Assembly (NCBI GenBank): GCA_965112155.1
Contig: OZ218102.1
From: Podarcis liolepis
Taxonomy: Eukaryota
Direction: 5' to 3' (one strand)
DNA length: 64,000 bases
Shown: positions 12,721 to 25,948 of the stretch, piece after piece
Layout: each line of letters opens with the position of its first letter
How positions within the stretch are numbered: position 1 is the first letter of the stretch
Notes under the pieces: model-generated
Told to the model about the DNA's origin: nothing
The model's input: the letters and a program-made list of their open reading frames with translations, nothing else
Databases searched by the model: none
Position numbers and translations under genes: made by a program

Positions 12721-12817
12721 AGATTTTCTGGCTCAGAGTTAAACGGGTCTGCATTGATCAACAACCGGCTGATGACAGAACCTCCAGGTAGAGAACCAGA
12801 TGCCCCAGCACGGATAT
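12721..12817 (-). CDS. DGKD: DGKD exon 18
   Basis: 97 nt, [31 protein letters not shown]. Confidence 0.94.
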
Positions 12818-14094
12818 CTGTCAACAGAATACAAAACTTACAGGAAGCTGCAAGGAGTTTATGAAGCACACAGGACACAGCATATTTTCAATTGGCAAAA
12901 CAGGATCTATTTTACCTCCAAAATCAACAGGATGTCACTTCTGGAGCATGAAACATTATCTCACACTTTCAGTGTTGCTGAACAATGAGGAAAAAACAGG
13001 AATTTAGACCTATGAGTAACTCCAGCCTTAGTCCTTAAATCCTACACAGAAGCAGATTCAAGCAAAGAAGTTTTCTAATTCCTATGAACAATTTATGTGT
13101 GCCTGAGAAAAAACAGAACTTTCTCTACCATATATTTTGATTTAATGATATCAACCTAGATGTGATATTAAATACGTATGTTTTTTATATTTAACATGCA
13201 TATTTTTAGAAAATTTAGATTGGCAGCAGCTGATAATTATTGGGCAGTACATGGAGAAGGGGGAGTTTAACCCTTTCTTCTCCAACTGTGGTCCCAACAA
13301 AAATAATTTTCATGCTGCAATGGGGGGCAAATCCTCCGCTGGTGCCAATGGTAGATTTCCTTCCAATACATATAGCAACTTCAAATGAAAAATTTTCTTC
13401 AAGACCACAGAAGGGACGAAAGGGTTAACCCCCGAATGACCTAAAATCCTTGTATGCTGCAACCCACATTTATCAGCCACCTTCCCTCTTCAGTAGCCAT
13501 CCACATTTTTAAATGCACATTAAATGCAAACACAAATTTAAACTTATGTCTAGTTTGGTTAGAAAGCTAGGAAAAATATGCTCAAAATTTTGTTCTGAAG
13601 TGGAACCCACTCAGCTTCCCAACTCCTATAAGGAAAATCCTCAGAATTTATATGGAAGTGCACGAATGTGGTCCCAAAACAGAGATGTAAGTAAAATGGG
13701 CCACTATAAAGCAGAGCTTGTAAATATTGCTTCTATCCTGCAGTTATTGACATGTGCCTCTAAATACTGAATAACAGACCTCATTGTTCGTATAGCATAG
13801 CTCTTGTTCAAAACCTTGTTTACTTTTTTTTCTCTGAACAACAATTAGCTTTCCTGGTGATGATCAGTTCATCTTAGGAGTAAGATTTTGAAAATTTGTA
13901 AGTTTTAAGCAGTATACCCTAATTCCATACTTGTTCTCACAGATGGGCTTTAGCTTTACCATACATGCCCCTTTTCTAGTGGTAGATAAAGGGAGACAAT
14001 ACAGAAAAAATATCTCAAGCTAACAGAGAAGACAGATATAATAGGAGCAGGGGTTAAGTTTGAGACAAAAGGAAAAAATATAAAGGAACTTATT

Positions 14095-14420
14095 TGTGTG
14101 CCCCCGCCGCAAGAGGTCTGGAAGGTGGAAACACAAGAACAGGCCTTTTCTGCAGTGGCTCCCCATTTGTGGAATGCTGTCCCCAGGGAGGCTCACCTGG
14201 TGCCTTCATTACATATCTTTAGGCACCAGGTGAAAACATTCCCAGGCCTCTGGATAATAAAACGATCTATGGTCTTTTAAACAAAAGGGGGGATAACTGT
14301 TTGCTTGTTATCACATTATGTATTTTTGTGTTTTTATACTGTAAACTGCCCTGTGATTCTTGGACGAAGGGCGGTATATACATTTAATACATAATGAAAA
14401 TATAAATAAAATAATAATAG
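14095..14420 (+). mobile_element. L2-like LINE 3' fragment (related pieces near 30820-30960, 42040-42340, 50835-51075)
   Basis: QAFSAVAPHLWNAVPRE motif typical of L2 ORF2 ends; GAAGGGCGGTATA tail. Confidence 0.7.
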
Positions 14421-14637
14421 AGAGAGGTGTTGTACTGGGCAAGGCAGGGAACAAACTGGGAGCAGAGTCGGCTAACCTAGTCTAGGACCCAAAAGTTGGC
14501 TGTGTTCCCTGCCTTTCTGGGGTGGTAGAAGAAGCTGATTTATCAGTAATGGATTACAGAAAAACCATGTTATGTCCTCAGTGGCAGAAGAGGTCATCTC
14601 TGGTTTAGCTAGACGGGAAGAGTGTTGTTGCACTCAC

Positions 14638-14766
14638 TGGGGTAGATGATCTTTGCATTCAGCATTGGCAGATTATCCCGATTTCCTGCCTGGGGAGGAA
14701 GAGAGGCAGAGCTTCCCACTGATAAAGTTCCTTTACTTATTAATCTTTCACAAGGAGACTTGATAA
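14638..14766 (-). CDS. DGKD: DGKD exon 17
   Basis: 129 nt, [42 protein letters not shown]. Confidence 0.94.
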
Positions 14767-15838
14767 CTACAAAATACAACAAAAATCACAGGTACCATTA
14801 GAATGCTATGAAACGATGAACAGAGAAAACTTAGGTGTAGTGGGCCATACTGTTTGTTAGTTACAAATTGTGCTATGAAAACCAACATTTTCAGCTAGGT
14901 ACTCTTAATCTGGGCAGATTCTTTAAAGGTTTTTATATTGTAGCCAAAGAACAAGCCTTAGCTGGAATAAAGATGTTCTGAAGTGCTCCCAGTTCAAAAT
15001 ATAAAAGAAACTTAAACTAACAAATACTATGCAGTTCTCTCTGCCATGATTTCCTGTGCCCTTCTGTTATTTTCTAACATATTCTAGCCAACACTGAAAG
15101 TGTTCCAAGAAAGACCCATCATGATGTTGAAGCCAATATTAAAATACTGTATATTCAATCAAAGAGATCGTTGTCATAATTAAAATATCTGAAAGTCCAA
15201 GGAGATCTGTAAGTATATGGAATTGAGGACAAGCTTCTTTTAAAAACTAAATAATGGGTTCTTTTGGAAACTATACTAAGTTATGCTTTTAATGAAACAA
15301 AGGGACTTATGAAAGAACTATTAATTACTTAAGTTTGTTATAAATATTTAGAATATCACAGACTTTGTGAAATTTTGATGCTTTTGAAAAGAAGCTTTTT
15401 CTAACTTCTGTAGCTTCCTTTGCCCTACTGACCAATGCATTTTAAAATTATTTATGGTTATTCAGAATAAAGTGAGTCAATAGTATTTCGGGGAGAAACA
15501 CAGCTGAGCTTATTAACAGCTGCTACTAAACTATGTACTGCAAATTCTGGATCCTAATAGCTTAGCTCCTAGCCCTATCCCTAAGGTCATAATAACAACT
15601 ACAAGGTGGTTCAGGAACTCTAGGCTGAGATGATCTATTGCTAAAACAGCATAAAAACTGAGAATTTAAAGCTGTATGTCATTATTTGCTTATCTCACTA
15701 TCCAACTGATAAGGGATGGTGTAACACTTGGAACAAGATCTCAGACCCAGGGCTATGGAAATATTACAAATTCCAAGGCGACGCCAGAAAGACACATATA
15801 AAGATGCTGCCTTCAACAAAGGTTAACTAGGTTTTTAC

Positions 15839-16000
15839 CTTTCCGATGGCTCCTCCCTTTTGGAAATCCATAGTTGCCAGTGTGTGAAGACTGTAAGGAG
15901 ATTTTATTTTCATTCCTTAAGTCCTTTCCCTCTTCAGCGGTAGAGAGACCCAAGAGGAAGCTCTCCTGTTCTTGGGTTTGAGCGTTCTGTTCATCGACAG
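15839..16000 (-). CDS. DGKD: DGKD exon 16
   Basis: 162 nt, [19 protein letters not shown]...[10 protein letters not shown]. Confidence 0.94.
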
Positions 16001-16103
16001 CTAAACAGTAAAGCAGTAACAGAGTCAGACAGACTTGCTTGGTACTTATATCACACTGCACTGAGGGAGGGAACTGGGTAACTGGAAGACAGCAACACTA
16101 TTA

Positions 16104-16420
16104 CAGTGGTGCCCCGCAAGACGAATGCCTCGCAAGATGGAAAACTCGCTAGACGAAAGAGTTTTCCGTTTTGGAGGTGCTTCGCAAAACGAATTTCCTA
16201 TGGGCTTGCTTCGCAAGACGACAATGTCTTGCGAGTTCCTGCTGGGTTTTTTTCCTTCCCCCCCTTTTCTAAGCCGCTAAGCCGCTTATCAGCTGATCCG
16301 ATCAGCAGATAAGCCGCTAAAAGCCGCTAATCCTTCAATGGGCTTGCTTCGCAAGACGAAAAAACCGCTAGACGAAGAGAATCACAGAACAGATTCTTTT
16401 CATCTTGCGAGGCACCACTG
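16104..16420. mobile_element. Short MITE of the same family as 6622-7615
   Basis: Same TIRs and subterminal sequence, TA TSD. Confidence 0.88.
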
Positions 16421-16886
16421 TAAAACACACAGGCCACTGCTCATCTTATTTTTGCAACACCTGTTATAAAAAACAACAACAAAAAGAACCAAAAGAACTT
16501 TAGACTGTTCAGAACATACCATGTTTCAGTAAAGCACTTGGATTACAATCTACTAACTGTCAGGGACAACACTGGAGAATTGCTGACAGTCTAGGCACAC
16601 CATAAAATGCTAAGTGGAGCTGTCAAGGTATATTTGTAGAGAGCAGTTATAAACATAGCTTCTTTAGGAAAGACCCATGAACAAGTATTAAAATTCTTCC
16701 TATTCACATATCTTTTCTCAACATAGATAACCAATTTGGATATAAAATTTACACAGCAAAGCATTCATACATACATCTGTAACCCATGTTCTGATGAAAG
16801 TGCATCATGATCCACTCAACTTCAATGTCACAATGTAACTTCAGTATTGTTTATAAATAACAGAAGTCAAATTACCACTGTAACTA

Positions 16887-17111
16887 CAGTGGAACTTCGG
16901 TTGTTGAACACAATCCGTTCCATAAGACCATTCGACTTCTGAAACATTTGACAACCGAGGCACAATTGCCAGTCAGCAATTTCCTTTTTAAAAATGGAGA
17001 AATGCGCCTCTGAAGCCGTTCAACTTCCGAGGTCCGTTCGAAAACGGAAGCATTCACTTCCGGGTAGTCAGTGTTTGGCTTCTGAAGCATTTGACAACTG
17101 AGGTTCCACTG
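16887..17111. mobile_element. pogo/Tigger-like MITE
   Basis: TA-CAGTGGAAC...GTTCCACTG-TA. Confidence 0.8.
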
Positions 17112-18104
17112 TACCATTATAAAATATTACTTTAGAGTAATTCAGCTGACTTGCACATTTCGCACTGTAGTTCCTGCCCACAAACTGCATCTATGTTCAA
17201 GAATGAAGATAAGGAACACTTGCAGGAGATAGGAGCCTTTCTAATCAAAATTAAAATGGTTCTACCAATATGGAAAAAGGTGCAACTTCCAAGGATATAT
17301 TTCTCATGTGACCAAAGCCATTTCCAGAAGACCTGCCTTTATTTGCAAGAAGCATTTGGTAACCAAACAAATGATACTAAAAAGTGGAAAACAAATAAAG
17401 GACACTAAAGGAACAAAAGGATTTATTCTGCTTATTTAACCTCTGTGTGATGACAGAAAAAGTCATGTGAACCTGGTCCTAAGCCAAGCTTAGAAATACA
17501 GTTCCTTAGTTTTCAAATATTTATTGTTAAGGTCAGTGACCATCACAAAACAAAAGGGAACAAAATAGGAAGCACATAAAACACATACTCCAAATATGTA
17601 GAATAGAGTAAAATAAAATAGACCCCAAAAAACCACAGAGCATGGTTTTAGCTACAGAAAGCCAGCATACAAATAAAATTATGCATGTATGTATGCACAA
17701 CTGAAAGAAAGGAAAAACCATAAGCACTGATTCACATGTTACAATAAACTATTGGTTTGTTACTCCCAATTTGAACAGAGTGAAATGGGAGTCATTCAGC
17801 TGCATGCACTACCATGCTGCTTGTTTATGACTTAGCATGACAGGTGAACATGGTCAGTCAGTTAACATGTTTGAAAAGGGTGATCGGATAAGTGTTTTTC
17901 TTACTTCTGACATCAGAAAAAATGGCAGCTTCATGGTGAAAACCATACATAGTCTACAGAATTCATTTCTGACTTTTGAAGGAATTATACAGCCTATTTA
18001 AAAATGCAGTAGTTGAATCTCAATTCTTGTATGTCTTGATAATACAGTAGCATATTTCCTTTCATATAGCACTTGAGGCGCACTCAGGATTTTCTAGTCC
18101 TTAC

Positions 18105-18378
18105 CTTTTTCTGCATGCTCTATAATCTGACGAATAGCTTTTTTCAGACTGTTGGCTCTCAACATCAATTGCTCACGTGGACGAAATATCTGAGGACGGG
18201 CAGTGCAAGAGGAGCCTACTGAACGCTCACTAGAAGAATCACAAGCGCTGCCTGAACCATCGCCCTCTTCTGTCTCTTCTGCTATGGTAGGAGGCGGGTT
18301 TAGCAAAGATGACAAAGCTTGAGATTCTTCATTCAGTGTTTTCAGAAGGGAGTCAAGCTTCTCTTTCAAAACAGAGCA
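18105..18378 (-). CDS. DGKD: DGKD exon 15
   Basis: 274 nt, [15 protein letters not shown]...[21 protein letters not shown]. Confidence 0.96.
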
Positions 18379-18417
18379 CTGCAAGTAGAAAGCATAAAGT
18401 TTTATAGAAATTGTATA

Positions 18418-18419
<2 letters not shown>

Positions 18420-18457
<38 letters not shown>
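18420..18457. repeat. (GT)n microsatellite in the 127-bp intron 14
   Basis: Direct read. Confidence 0.95.
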
Positions 18458-18458
<1 letters not shown>

Positions 18459-18505
18459 GGAGAGAGAGGGAGGGAGAGATTTGAATTTCCTTTCCCCCCA
18501 AATAC

Positions 18506-18605
18506 CTTTCTGGCCATGACTTCTGACTCCTCAGAGCTTTCTGGTGCTTTCTCGTAGGCTTTCCCTACTCGAGCCACAAAATCCTTCACAGTCTCGCAGA
18601 GCACC
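18506..18605 (-). CDS. DGKD: DGKD exon 14
   Basis: 100 nt, [33 protein letters not shown]. Confidence 0.95.
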
Positions 18606-18697
18606 CTAAGTGAAATAGAACAGATAAGCAATAATTATTTCCCCAACACGCATAATATAGCAGACTTCTTTATACCACCTTTCTCTGGAGTACTTAC

Positions 18698-18792
18698 TTG
18701 GCTGATGAAATGACCACTGAGTGTTGGTCGGATGTCAAGATTTTGGATAAATGAGCAGCCACAGAATCTTCATAGAAGAGAATCTGCTGCAC
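18698..18792 (-). CDS. DGKD: DGKD exon 13
   Basis: 95 nt, [31 protein letters not shown]; weak AAG acceptor. Confidence 0.92.
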
Positions 18793-19234
18793 CTTGTCAT
18801 AGTCAGAAATGGATAATTGTTATCACCTCATCTGGACTTGCACATTACAGGGTCAACATGGAGCAGTACATGCTGTATTCTTGGCTCCCCATAAAGGTGT
18901 AGCCATGATTTCAGTTTACTCTACAGTGAGCACTCACAAAACATACAAAAAAAGTCAAGCAACTTGGTATTCACTTCACTGTGGCATCAGACAAGGGAAA
19001 TGATTGCAGTAAAACTTAACATTTGTTTGAGCTATGAAAACAATTAAAAATATTTTTTAATCTGGAGAATGCTTTAGTTTTTAGTCTCTCTGAGTCCTTT
19101 CTACATATCTGAGTATAGAAGCCATGCCTCCCCTTAGAGCTATTTCCCCATGTATCTATCTCATAGGTGTTTTGCTCTGCTATCATTAACTTTTCTTAGT
19201 TCATTTTCATGGTCCCCCCAATGTATACAACTAC

Positions 19235-19319
19235 CTCAGAATCTTCACTGAAATCTTCAGTGACTGTAGAAGCAGATGCTTGTCGAGGAAGTTTTGTTTC
19301 ATACACCATAATGCTCCAC
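19235..19319 (-). CDS. DGKD: DGKD exon 12
   Basis: 85 nt, [28 protein letters not shown]. Confidence 0.94.
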
Positions 19320-19372
19320 CTATTGAAAAAGAGACATCACAGCATTTAATACAAATTAGATACCCTTAAAAG

Positions 19373-19525
19373 GGCAGTAGATAGGTAGCCGTGTTGGTCT
19401 GCCATAGTCAAAATAAAAAAAATTCCTTCCAGTAGCACCTTAAAGACCAACTAAGTTAGTTCTTGGTATGAGCTTTCGTGTGCATGCACACTTCTTCAGA
19501 TACACACAACGTGTGTATCTGAAGG
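19373..19525. mobile_element. Penelope-like element terminal fragment
   Basis: GGTAGCCGTGTTGGTCTG...GTAGCACCTTAAAGACCAAC...GAGCTTTCGTG, with a short inverted CTTCAGATACAC/GTGTATCTGAAG. Confidence 0.65.
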
Positions 19526-20160
19526 CACACCTTAAAAGGGCACACGTTGTTTATGAAGAAGCAACAGGAAGTGGATGCTTAAGGCAGATGATTCTAGAAG
19601 GAAAACACTTTCCCTTCTTACATCTCTGTATTAAAAATGAACAAAGGAAATTGATCCTTTTGACCTTTTTTTTTTTGTTCAGGTGCAACATGTGCAATGA
19701 GGCAGGGCCAGCAGGATGCCTTCACACAGAGACAAATCTCATCTCTTCAAACTCACAAAAATACTTTTAAACTATTGGGAAGGAAGGAGAGCAATGTTCC
19801 TGTAAAAGCAACTTCTCCTAAAATTAGCGAATCCTGGGATACATAGGAGGAACTATTCAGCATAGTTATTACTATATTGACTGATACAGAAAACAGCTGC
19901 TGTTAAAAGAATGCCATATAAAAATCTTTCAGAGATGCCTTCCTCTTTTCCACTGCTTTAGCACACAACTCGTTAGACACCCACAACCCATTAAACAGAC
20001 TCAGGGCAGAGTAAAACAGACCCACTGACAAAAACTTCAGACTTTGGGCCATATCTAGCACTAAAGCTCCAGAAGTGCAAGGGACTTCCATGTGCACATT
20101 TGGTGATTCTGACTATCACTGTGTTAGGGAACAGGAGCAGAATCATAGAACAGCACCTAC

Positions 20161-20300
20161 CTGTCAAGCATTTTGGTACTGGCCCTTTCCAGCTTTTCCA
20201 GTATCTGAGGAAGTTGAGTGTCATCATCACAAGCAGATCCCCAGCCTAGCACACGGGCAAGATCATTGCCTGTGCCCAAGGGCAACACTCCCAACTGGCA
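20161..20300 (-). CDS. DGKD: DGKD exon 11
   Basis: 140 nt, [46 protein letters not shown]. Confidence 0.96.
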
Positions 20301-21517
20301 CTACATAGGAAGGGGAGAATAAAAATAAGACTAGCCCAAAGGGATTCACTGCCCACACCAACTCTGACCACTGAATGTTTTCTAGTTGATTTCTTACAGT
20401 AAAGACGATGTGAGAAAATTACACAGTAAAGAGTCCAGTTAAAAAGAAACTATGTTGTTAATATTTCACCCATATTGTTTCACCATTTTCAAATTATTTT
20501 GTTGTTTTATTTTTTGCAGATTGGAGTCGCCACACCCCAGATCCTTATTTAAGAATTCCTACCCATTAAAATATATATATATATATTTCCCCAGCTTTCC
20601 ATTACAAGGAATGGTGGCTTATTCCTATTCAAAGCAATTATTTAAAATCTACTTTTTCTTCAAATCTTGCCTTTCAACATCTACAGGTCTTTAAAAAAAA
20701 ATATGGAGACCCACTGCTGGAGTTTACAACAATAACAACAAGAAGGATGCAATGTAGGGCTGGCAACAGTCAAAAATAGCTGATAAGAAATCTGTTTCTA
20801 AAAAGTTAAAGTGTGAGAAACAGAGTTCAATTACATCCTTGACATTGAACAATAGTTGAAGGCTTTGTTAAAGATCACTATTTCAGTTAACCACAAAGTG
20901 GTGCTATTGCCATTTTGAAACAAGAATTATTTGTTATCATAAAGGCAATACTTCCATTCCAAGCAAATAGCTATTTCAAGAACTAGGCATGATTTATATG
21001 ATCCAAGTATCAGCCCAACGATAACTTCAAAACTGCCTGCACAGAGGCTACTCTACATGGTTTGTGCCATGAAACTCTGAATTGGAATAAAGGGTTGGAA
21101 GACTGCAGCGGCATAGTGAAAGCTGAAAGTTACGCATGGTGAACATCTACACATGAATGAGTTGCTATGCGGAACAGTTGCTATGCTGGACTTAAACAGG
21201 GCCTTGTGAACCAGCCCTAAGCAAACAAATACATAAAAGACTATACCATTTAAGACTTCCTGAGACCGGAAATATATTTGGCTGGGGGAAGATATTGTGA
21301 TAAACACTAGGTGGGGGCAACACCTACTGCTGCTCTCTTGCAAATGAACCTTACTCACATTCAGTAAACACCGAGTTGGGAATCCCACGTTTGTCATGCA
21401 AACTTTCAGTCTTAGATATTTCATTATTCTACGCAAAATTGTATTTCATAAGTTCCTCCTTGCTCTCTTTTGTCATTTAGCCAATACACATGTAGAATGG
21501 CAACTTAGAGAAATTAC

Positions 21518-21626
21518 CTGTTTATGGAGACTAAGGCTGTCAATTTCAGAGAGAACCCATCCAACGCTTCCATCCCCACCACATACCAGAATTCGGAAGG
21601 TGTCGAATTTCTGGAATAAACGTAAA
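21518..21626 (-). CDS. DGKD: DGKD exon 10 (ATP-binding GGDG motif)
   Basis: 109 nt, [36 protein letters not shown]. Confidence 0.96.
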
Positions 21627-22317
21627 CTGCACAGGAAGAAAAGGTGTATCTGCTGTAATGTATTATTAAAATACGAGAGAGTTTAACAACTAAAATCTAT
21701 TCAACAGGAGTAATAAAGACTTCAAATTAATCAGAATCTGTATTTGCAGGGGCAAAGTAACAGCAGAGTACCAGTTAGCCATCTATGCAACACAAAGACA
21801 TAAGTTTGGGTACTAGAGTATTTGGGTTTTTTTAAGCAGATACTTTCTTCCCAGAACAAGAACCACAGAGAGTGGTTTGCAATTCAAGAAATAAATGAAA
21901 GGTTCTATGGGGCTTCATAAGGGGTACCGTATCCCTGCAGTAAATGTAACAGAATGAACACATATATTTTGAGACCATAGCTAAGTGGTTGAGCATGTGT
22001 TTACATCAAGAGGTCTCTAGGCTCACTCACCTGGCATCACCAGTTAAAGCAGGCAATAGTGGATTAGATGGACAAATAGTCTGACCTAATAAGGCTGCTT
22101 TCTAAACTTTAAATGCGTTCTTATTCAAAGACACAGAGAAGCATAAATTATGGTAAGTCTGCAACTTGTGTGCATTTAACTTGTGCACATTCAGCTGTAT
22201 ATGCATGGCCAAAAAAGAAAGAAAGAAAGAAAGATTTAAACATTTAAAAGGGGGTGGAGTTCCAAGAAAAATGACCTTGGCAATCCCACCCACCATTGAA
22301 TCCAGTGGGCTCTGACA

Positions 22318-22326
22318 TTATAATAA

Positions 22327-22393
<67 letters not shown>

Positions 22394-22612
22394 TTTATTT
22401 ATATCCCACCCTCCCCAGCCGAAGCCGGGCTCAGGGTGGCTAACAACAATAAAACAATACAGCAGTACAACACAACACTCTAAAATCATTCATTATAAAA
22501 TTAATTCAAATCAAACCAATGGCAACCATTGGGCCAGAGCTCCGCGAAGATTGCCAAAGGAGGGAGTCAGGCTGTGCCCTGGCCAAAGGCCTGGTGGAAC
22601 AGATCTGTCTTA
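22318..22612 (-). mobile_element. LINE (L2-like) 3' end with expanded (TAA)n tail
   Basis: (AAT)n at 22318-22388 adjoining TTTATATCCCACCC...GGCCTGGTGGAACAG. Confidence 0.6.
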
Positions 22613-23025
22613 CATTTTGAAGTTAGGCAAGACCCCCAGAATGTAACCCCAACTTAAGTTGCAGACCTATCATACAACACTCAGGCATCAAGACTTTCAT
22701 GCAAGGTACACAACAATCCTAAGTAGAGAAGACGTCCCTAGATATAGTAGCTTCCAAATCTACTTATAAAATGAAATCAAATCCTCATATATCATAAACT
22801 TACTGAGAACAGCAGCCTAACTTTTGTTGAAAGCAGCAACAAAGCATAGATACATGAATGTTAATCAATGTGGGTATACAACAGATACCTACACCCCAGA
22901 ATTTGAGAATATTGCCACCGATCACAGATGGATACATTAGAGGTTATATTCTATACCCACATTATAGAGAGCACTCACCCTGTGAGCATTAGGATTCTCT
23001 CTGATCCCCTCCTCCTCAAGTAATA

Positions 23026-23266
23026 CAGTCAAGCCTCAGTTCTCGAATGGCTCCGTTTTCAAACATTTCGGCTCCCGAATGCCGAAAACCCGGAAGAAAA
23101 TGCTCCGGTTTTCAAATGTTTTTCAGAAACCAAACATCCCACGTGACTTCCACTTGAGTGCAAGAAGCTCTTGCAACCAATTGAAAGCCGCGCCTCAGTT
23201 GTCAAACGTTTTGGAAGTCAAACGGTCGTCCAGAACAGATTACGTTTGACAACCAAGGTTTCACTG
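23026..23266. mobile_element. pogo/Tigger-like MITE (diverged)
   Basis: TA-CAGT...ACTG-TA, related to 16887-17111. Confidence 0.7.
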
Positions 23267-23383
23267 TATACACATTCTTTTTCTCCAATATTGCCACATT
23301 ATATAAGCTCATGCTCTGTCCCTCATGCCTGGGGCCACTCTAAGTATTTGCAGGCATCTGTACATCAAGAGAGCATCTCTTAC

Positions 23384-23546
23384 CCGAGGTGAGGTCCTCC
23401 ATTCATAAGATCAAAGACCTGTGCAGGATTCAGCAGTTGTTTGAATCTTCGTAGGAACTTTACTCCCTGGTTGTCTCCACTTTTTGAGTTAACAAAGACC
23501 AGCAAAGGGCTTGTGCAAGAAGGGGGACAAGTGGCTTTCCAGAACC
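23384..23546 (-). CDS. DGKD: DGKD exon 9 (catalytic DAGKc)
   Basis: 163 nt, [54 protein letters not shown]. Confidence 0.96.
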
Positions 23547-24013
23547 CTGAAGTGAAAAGCAAAAATTAAGAATAATTGAGCTCTATTACCACAGGGTGGC
23601 TAACAGTCTGCAGGTCTTTAAGTGATCTTTAACCAGAATATTACATGGAACTATACGGCTGTTTCAATATACTAACTGTTTTTTCCCCTTTTTTAAAAAT
23701 TGAAATATTCCAGTGGTGACATTTTAATTCTGTCTTTTAAGATTTGGAGAATGGGTTCATTATTAGCACAGTGGCTGCACTAGGTTGCCTTTAGTACAGA
23801 ATGTTGTTGCATGATGGCTGATAGGATTGAGATTCTCTCAGCATATGACATTCCTGCTCAAAGATCTGCACAGGCTGCTGCTTTGTTACTGGGCCAAGTT
23901 CAAGGATTTACTAATGGCATATAAAGTCTTTAACGGTTAGTGGCCATGGATTGCATTGCCCTAATGTGGTTATTTGACTGCTTTGATCTGCGGATCTTGC
24001 ACTTTTACAAGTA

Positions 24014-24909
24014 CCGTATTTTTTGCCCTATAGGACGCACTTTTTCCCCTCCAAAAATGAAGGGGAAATGTGTGTGCGTCCTATGGGGCGAATGCAGGCT
24101 TTCGCTGGAGCCTGGAGAGCGAGGGGGGTCGGTACACACCGACCTCTCTCGCTCTCCAGGCTTCAGGAAGCTATCCGCTAGCCGTGGGAGACCCAGCTCT
24201 CCCAGGGCTAGCGGAGAGCTTGCCTGCACCCAGAAGTTTGGGGCACGCTGAGCTCCGCACGCCCCAAGCTTCGGGATTAGCGCAGCGCTCCGCTAGCCGT
24301 GGGAGAGCAGCGTGGCTCTCCCAGGGCTAGCGGAGACCTTGCCGGCACCCAGAAGCTTGGGGCGCGCTGAGCTCCGCACGCCCCAAGCTTCGGGATTAGC
24401 GCAGCGCTCCGCTAGCCGTAGGAGAGCCGTGCAAAGTCACCCGGGTCTCCCGCGGCTAGCGGAGACCTTGCCGGCACCCAGAAGCTTGGGGCCGCTGAGC
24501 TCCGCACGCCCCAAGCTTCGGGATTAGCGCAGCGCTCCACTAGCCGCAGGAGAGCCGCGCGGCCTCTCCCAAGCTTTTTTTGGGGGGGGAAATAAAGGGG
24601 AAAAAATTGTTTTCCCCCCAGGTGCACCGCGCTAATTCCGAAGCTTGGGGTGTGCTGAGCTCCGCACGCCTCAAGCTTCGGGATTAGCACAGTGCTCCGC
24701 TAGCCGTGGGAGAGCCGCGCGGCTCTCCCGCGGCTAGCGGAGACCTTGCCGGCACCCAGAAGCTTGGGGCGCGCTGAGCTCAGCACACCCCAAGCTTCGG
24801 AATTAGCGCAGCGCACCTGGGGGGAAAATAATTTTCCCCCCTTTATTTCCCCCCAAAAAAACTAGGTGCGTCCTATGGGCTGGTGCGTCCTATGGGGTGA
24901 AAAATACGG
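24014..24909. mobile_element. Non-autonomous Tc2/pogo-like element with ~118-bp palindromic tandem repeats
   Basis: TIR CCGTATTTTT..CCC.ATAGGACGCAC at both ends, TA TSD. Confidence 0.88.
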
Positions 24910-25184
24910 TACCTAACAGTTGTTCCAATATCTTAGTGTGACAACACCTATACTAAATTTGAGCTCTACAAATTTGCAGTCTAGGTCTCCCGTCTTTGTG
25001 AATGTAAGAAAGAAGATAAGGAACGAAACAAGGAAGAAGGAAAGAGAAAAAGATTATGGTGCACATAATGAGTATTAGGCGCTATAATGAGAATAACTGC
25101 GTTATGCCAACGTTGGTTTTCTGAGCTATTTGCTTGATTTGCAAAGTGTGAAACAAACACTGAAAAGCATTAGCTGATACCTAC

Positions 25185-25287
25185 CATCCGAATCAATGCT
25201 GTTGAGAGCTGTAGGAGGGATGACAGAAACTTTGCAAAGGCCAAGCGGGCATTTGGTTGGTAACAAGTCTCTGCATGAGGTATGTAC
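25185..25287 (-). CDS. DGKD: DGKD exon 8 (C1b end)
   Basis: 103 nt, [34 protein letters not shown]. Confidence 0.96.
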
Positions 25288-25564
25288 CTGGGAGGAAAAT
25301 ATATTAGCTAAAGTTTTGCTTCTATTCAGGTGTTTTAATGAAGAAGAAATTCACAGGAATGGAAAGGAAAAGAAATATACACTGAAATCACAAACTAGCT
25401 TAATCTTGGGAGTCCAGTCCATGATCTGTGAAACACAGTGGTTACAAGTCCAAAATTAAACCACAGTTTCCAGTTGGGACACAACACAAAACCTGCGTAA
25501 GGAAGCCCACAAGGAAAGGAGCAGGGTGGGAGTTCCCAAAGCAGGGCCATTACATCTGAACAGG

Positions 25565-25931
25565 TGTGGGAAAATGATTGCTTGTACATAAGAGCATGAG
25601 CAGAGTTCTTATTATTGCAGAGTGATTTTACAGCACGAGATATTGCTAAGAGCATGATGAGCATGTGAACACCTCATGCTAGACTAATGATTGGCTCACG
25701 TAGCATAACACTCTCTTTGTCTGTGGGCAAAAGCAAGGTTACATTCCTTTGATTTGGTTACTTTTGAGTACCAGGCAGAGCAAGCGCAGTGCTGGAGGAG
25801 GGAGGATGATTTATTTCTTACTGCACACAATAAACGTTACGGCTGTAGCCAAAGCTTCTTCTTCAAGTCATCTTGGTGTGAGACTGATTTCTTACTGATT
25901 TTCTTACTGATGTCGAGCTGGATTCTCGACA
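25565..25931 (+). repeat. 5' LTR (367 bp)
   Basis: TGTGGG...TCGACA; AATAAA near 25829; no difference from the 3' LTR by eye. Confidence 0.97.
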
Positions 25932-25933
25932 AT

Positions 25934-25948
25934 TGGTGCCCCGTGTGA
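25934..25948 (+). other. Primer-binding site complementary to elongator tRNA-Met 3' end
   Basis: TGGTGCCCCGTGTGA, 2 nt after the LTR; reverse complement of ...UCACACGGGGCACCA (tRNA-Met-CAT as recalled). Confidence 0.85.

Noticed and set aside
24170-24815. Palindromic repeats resembling a CRISPR-like array
   Set aside because: Eukaryotic context, no unique spacers, bounded by transposon TIRs.
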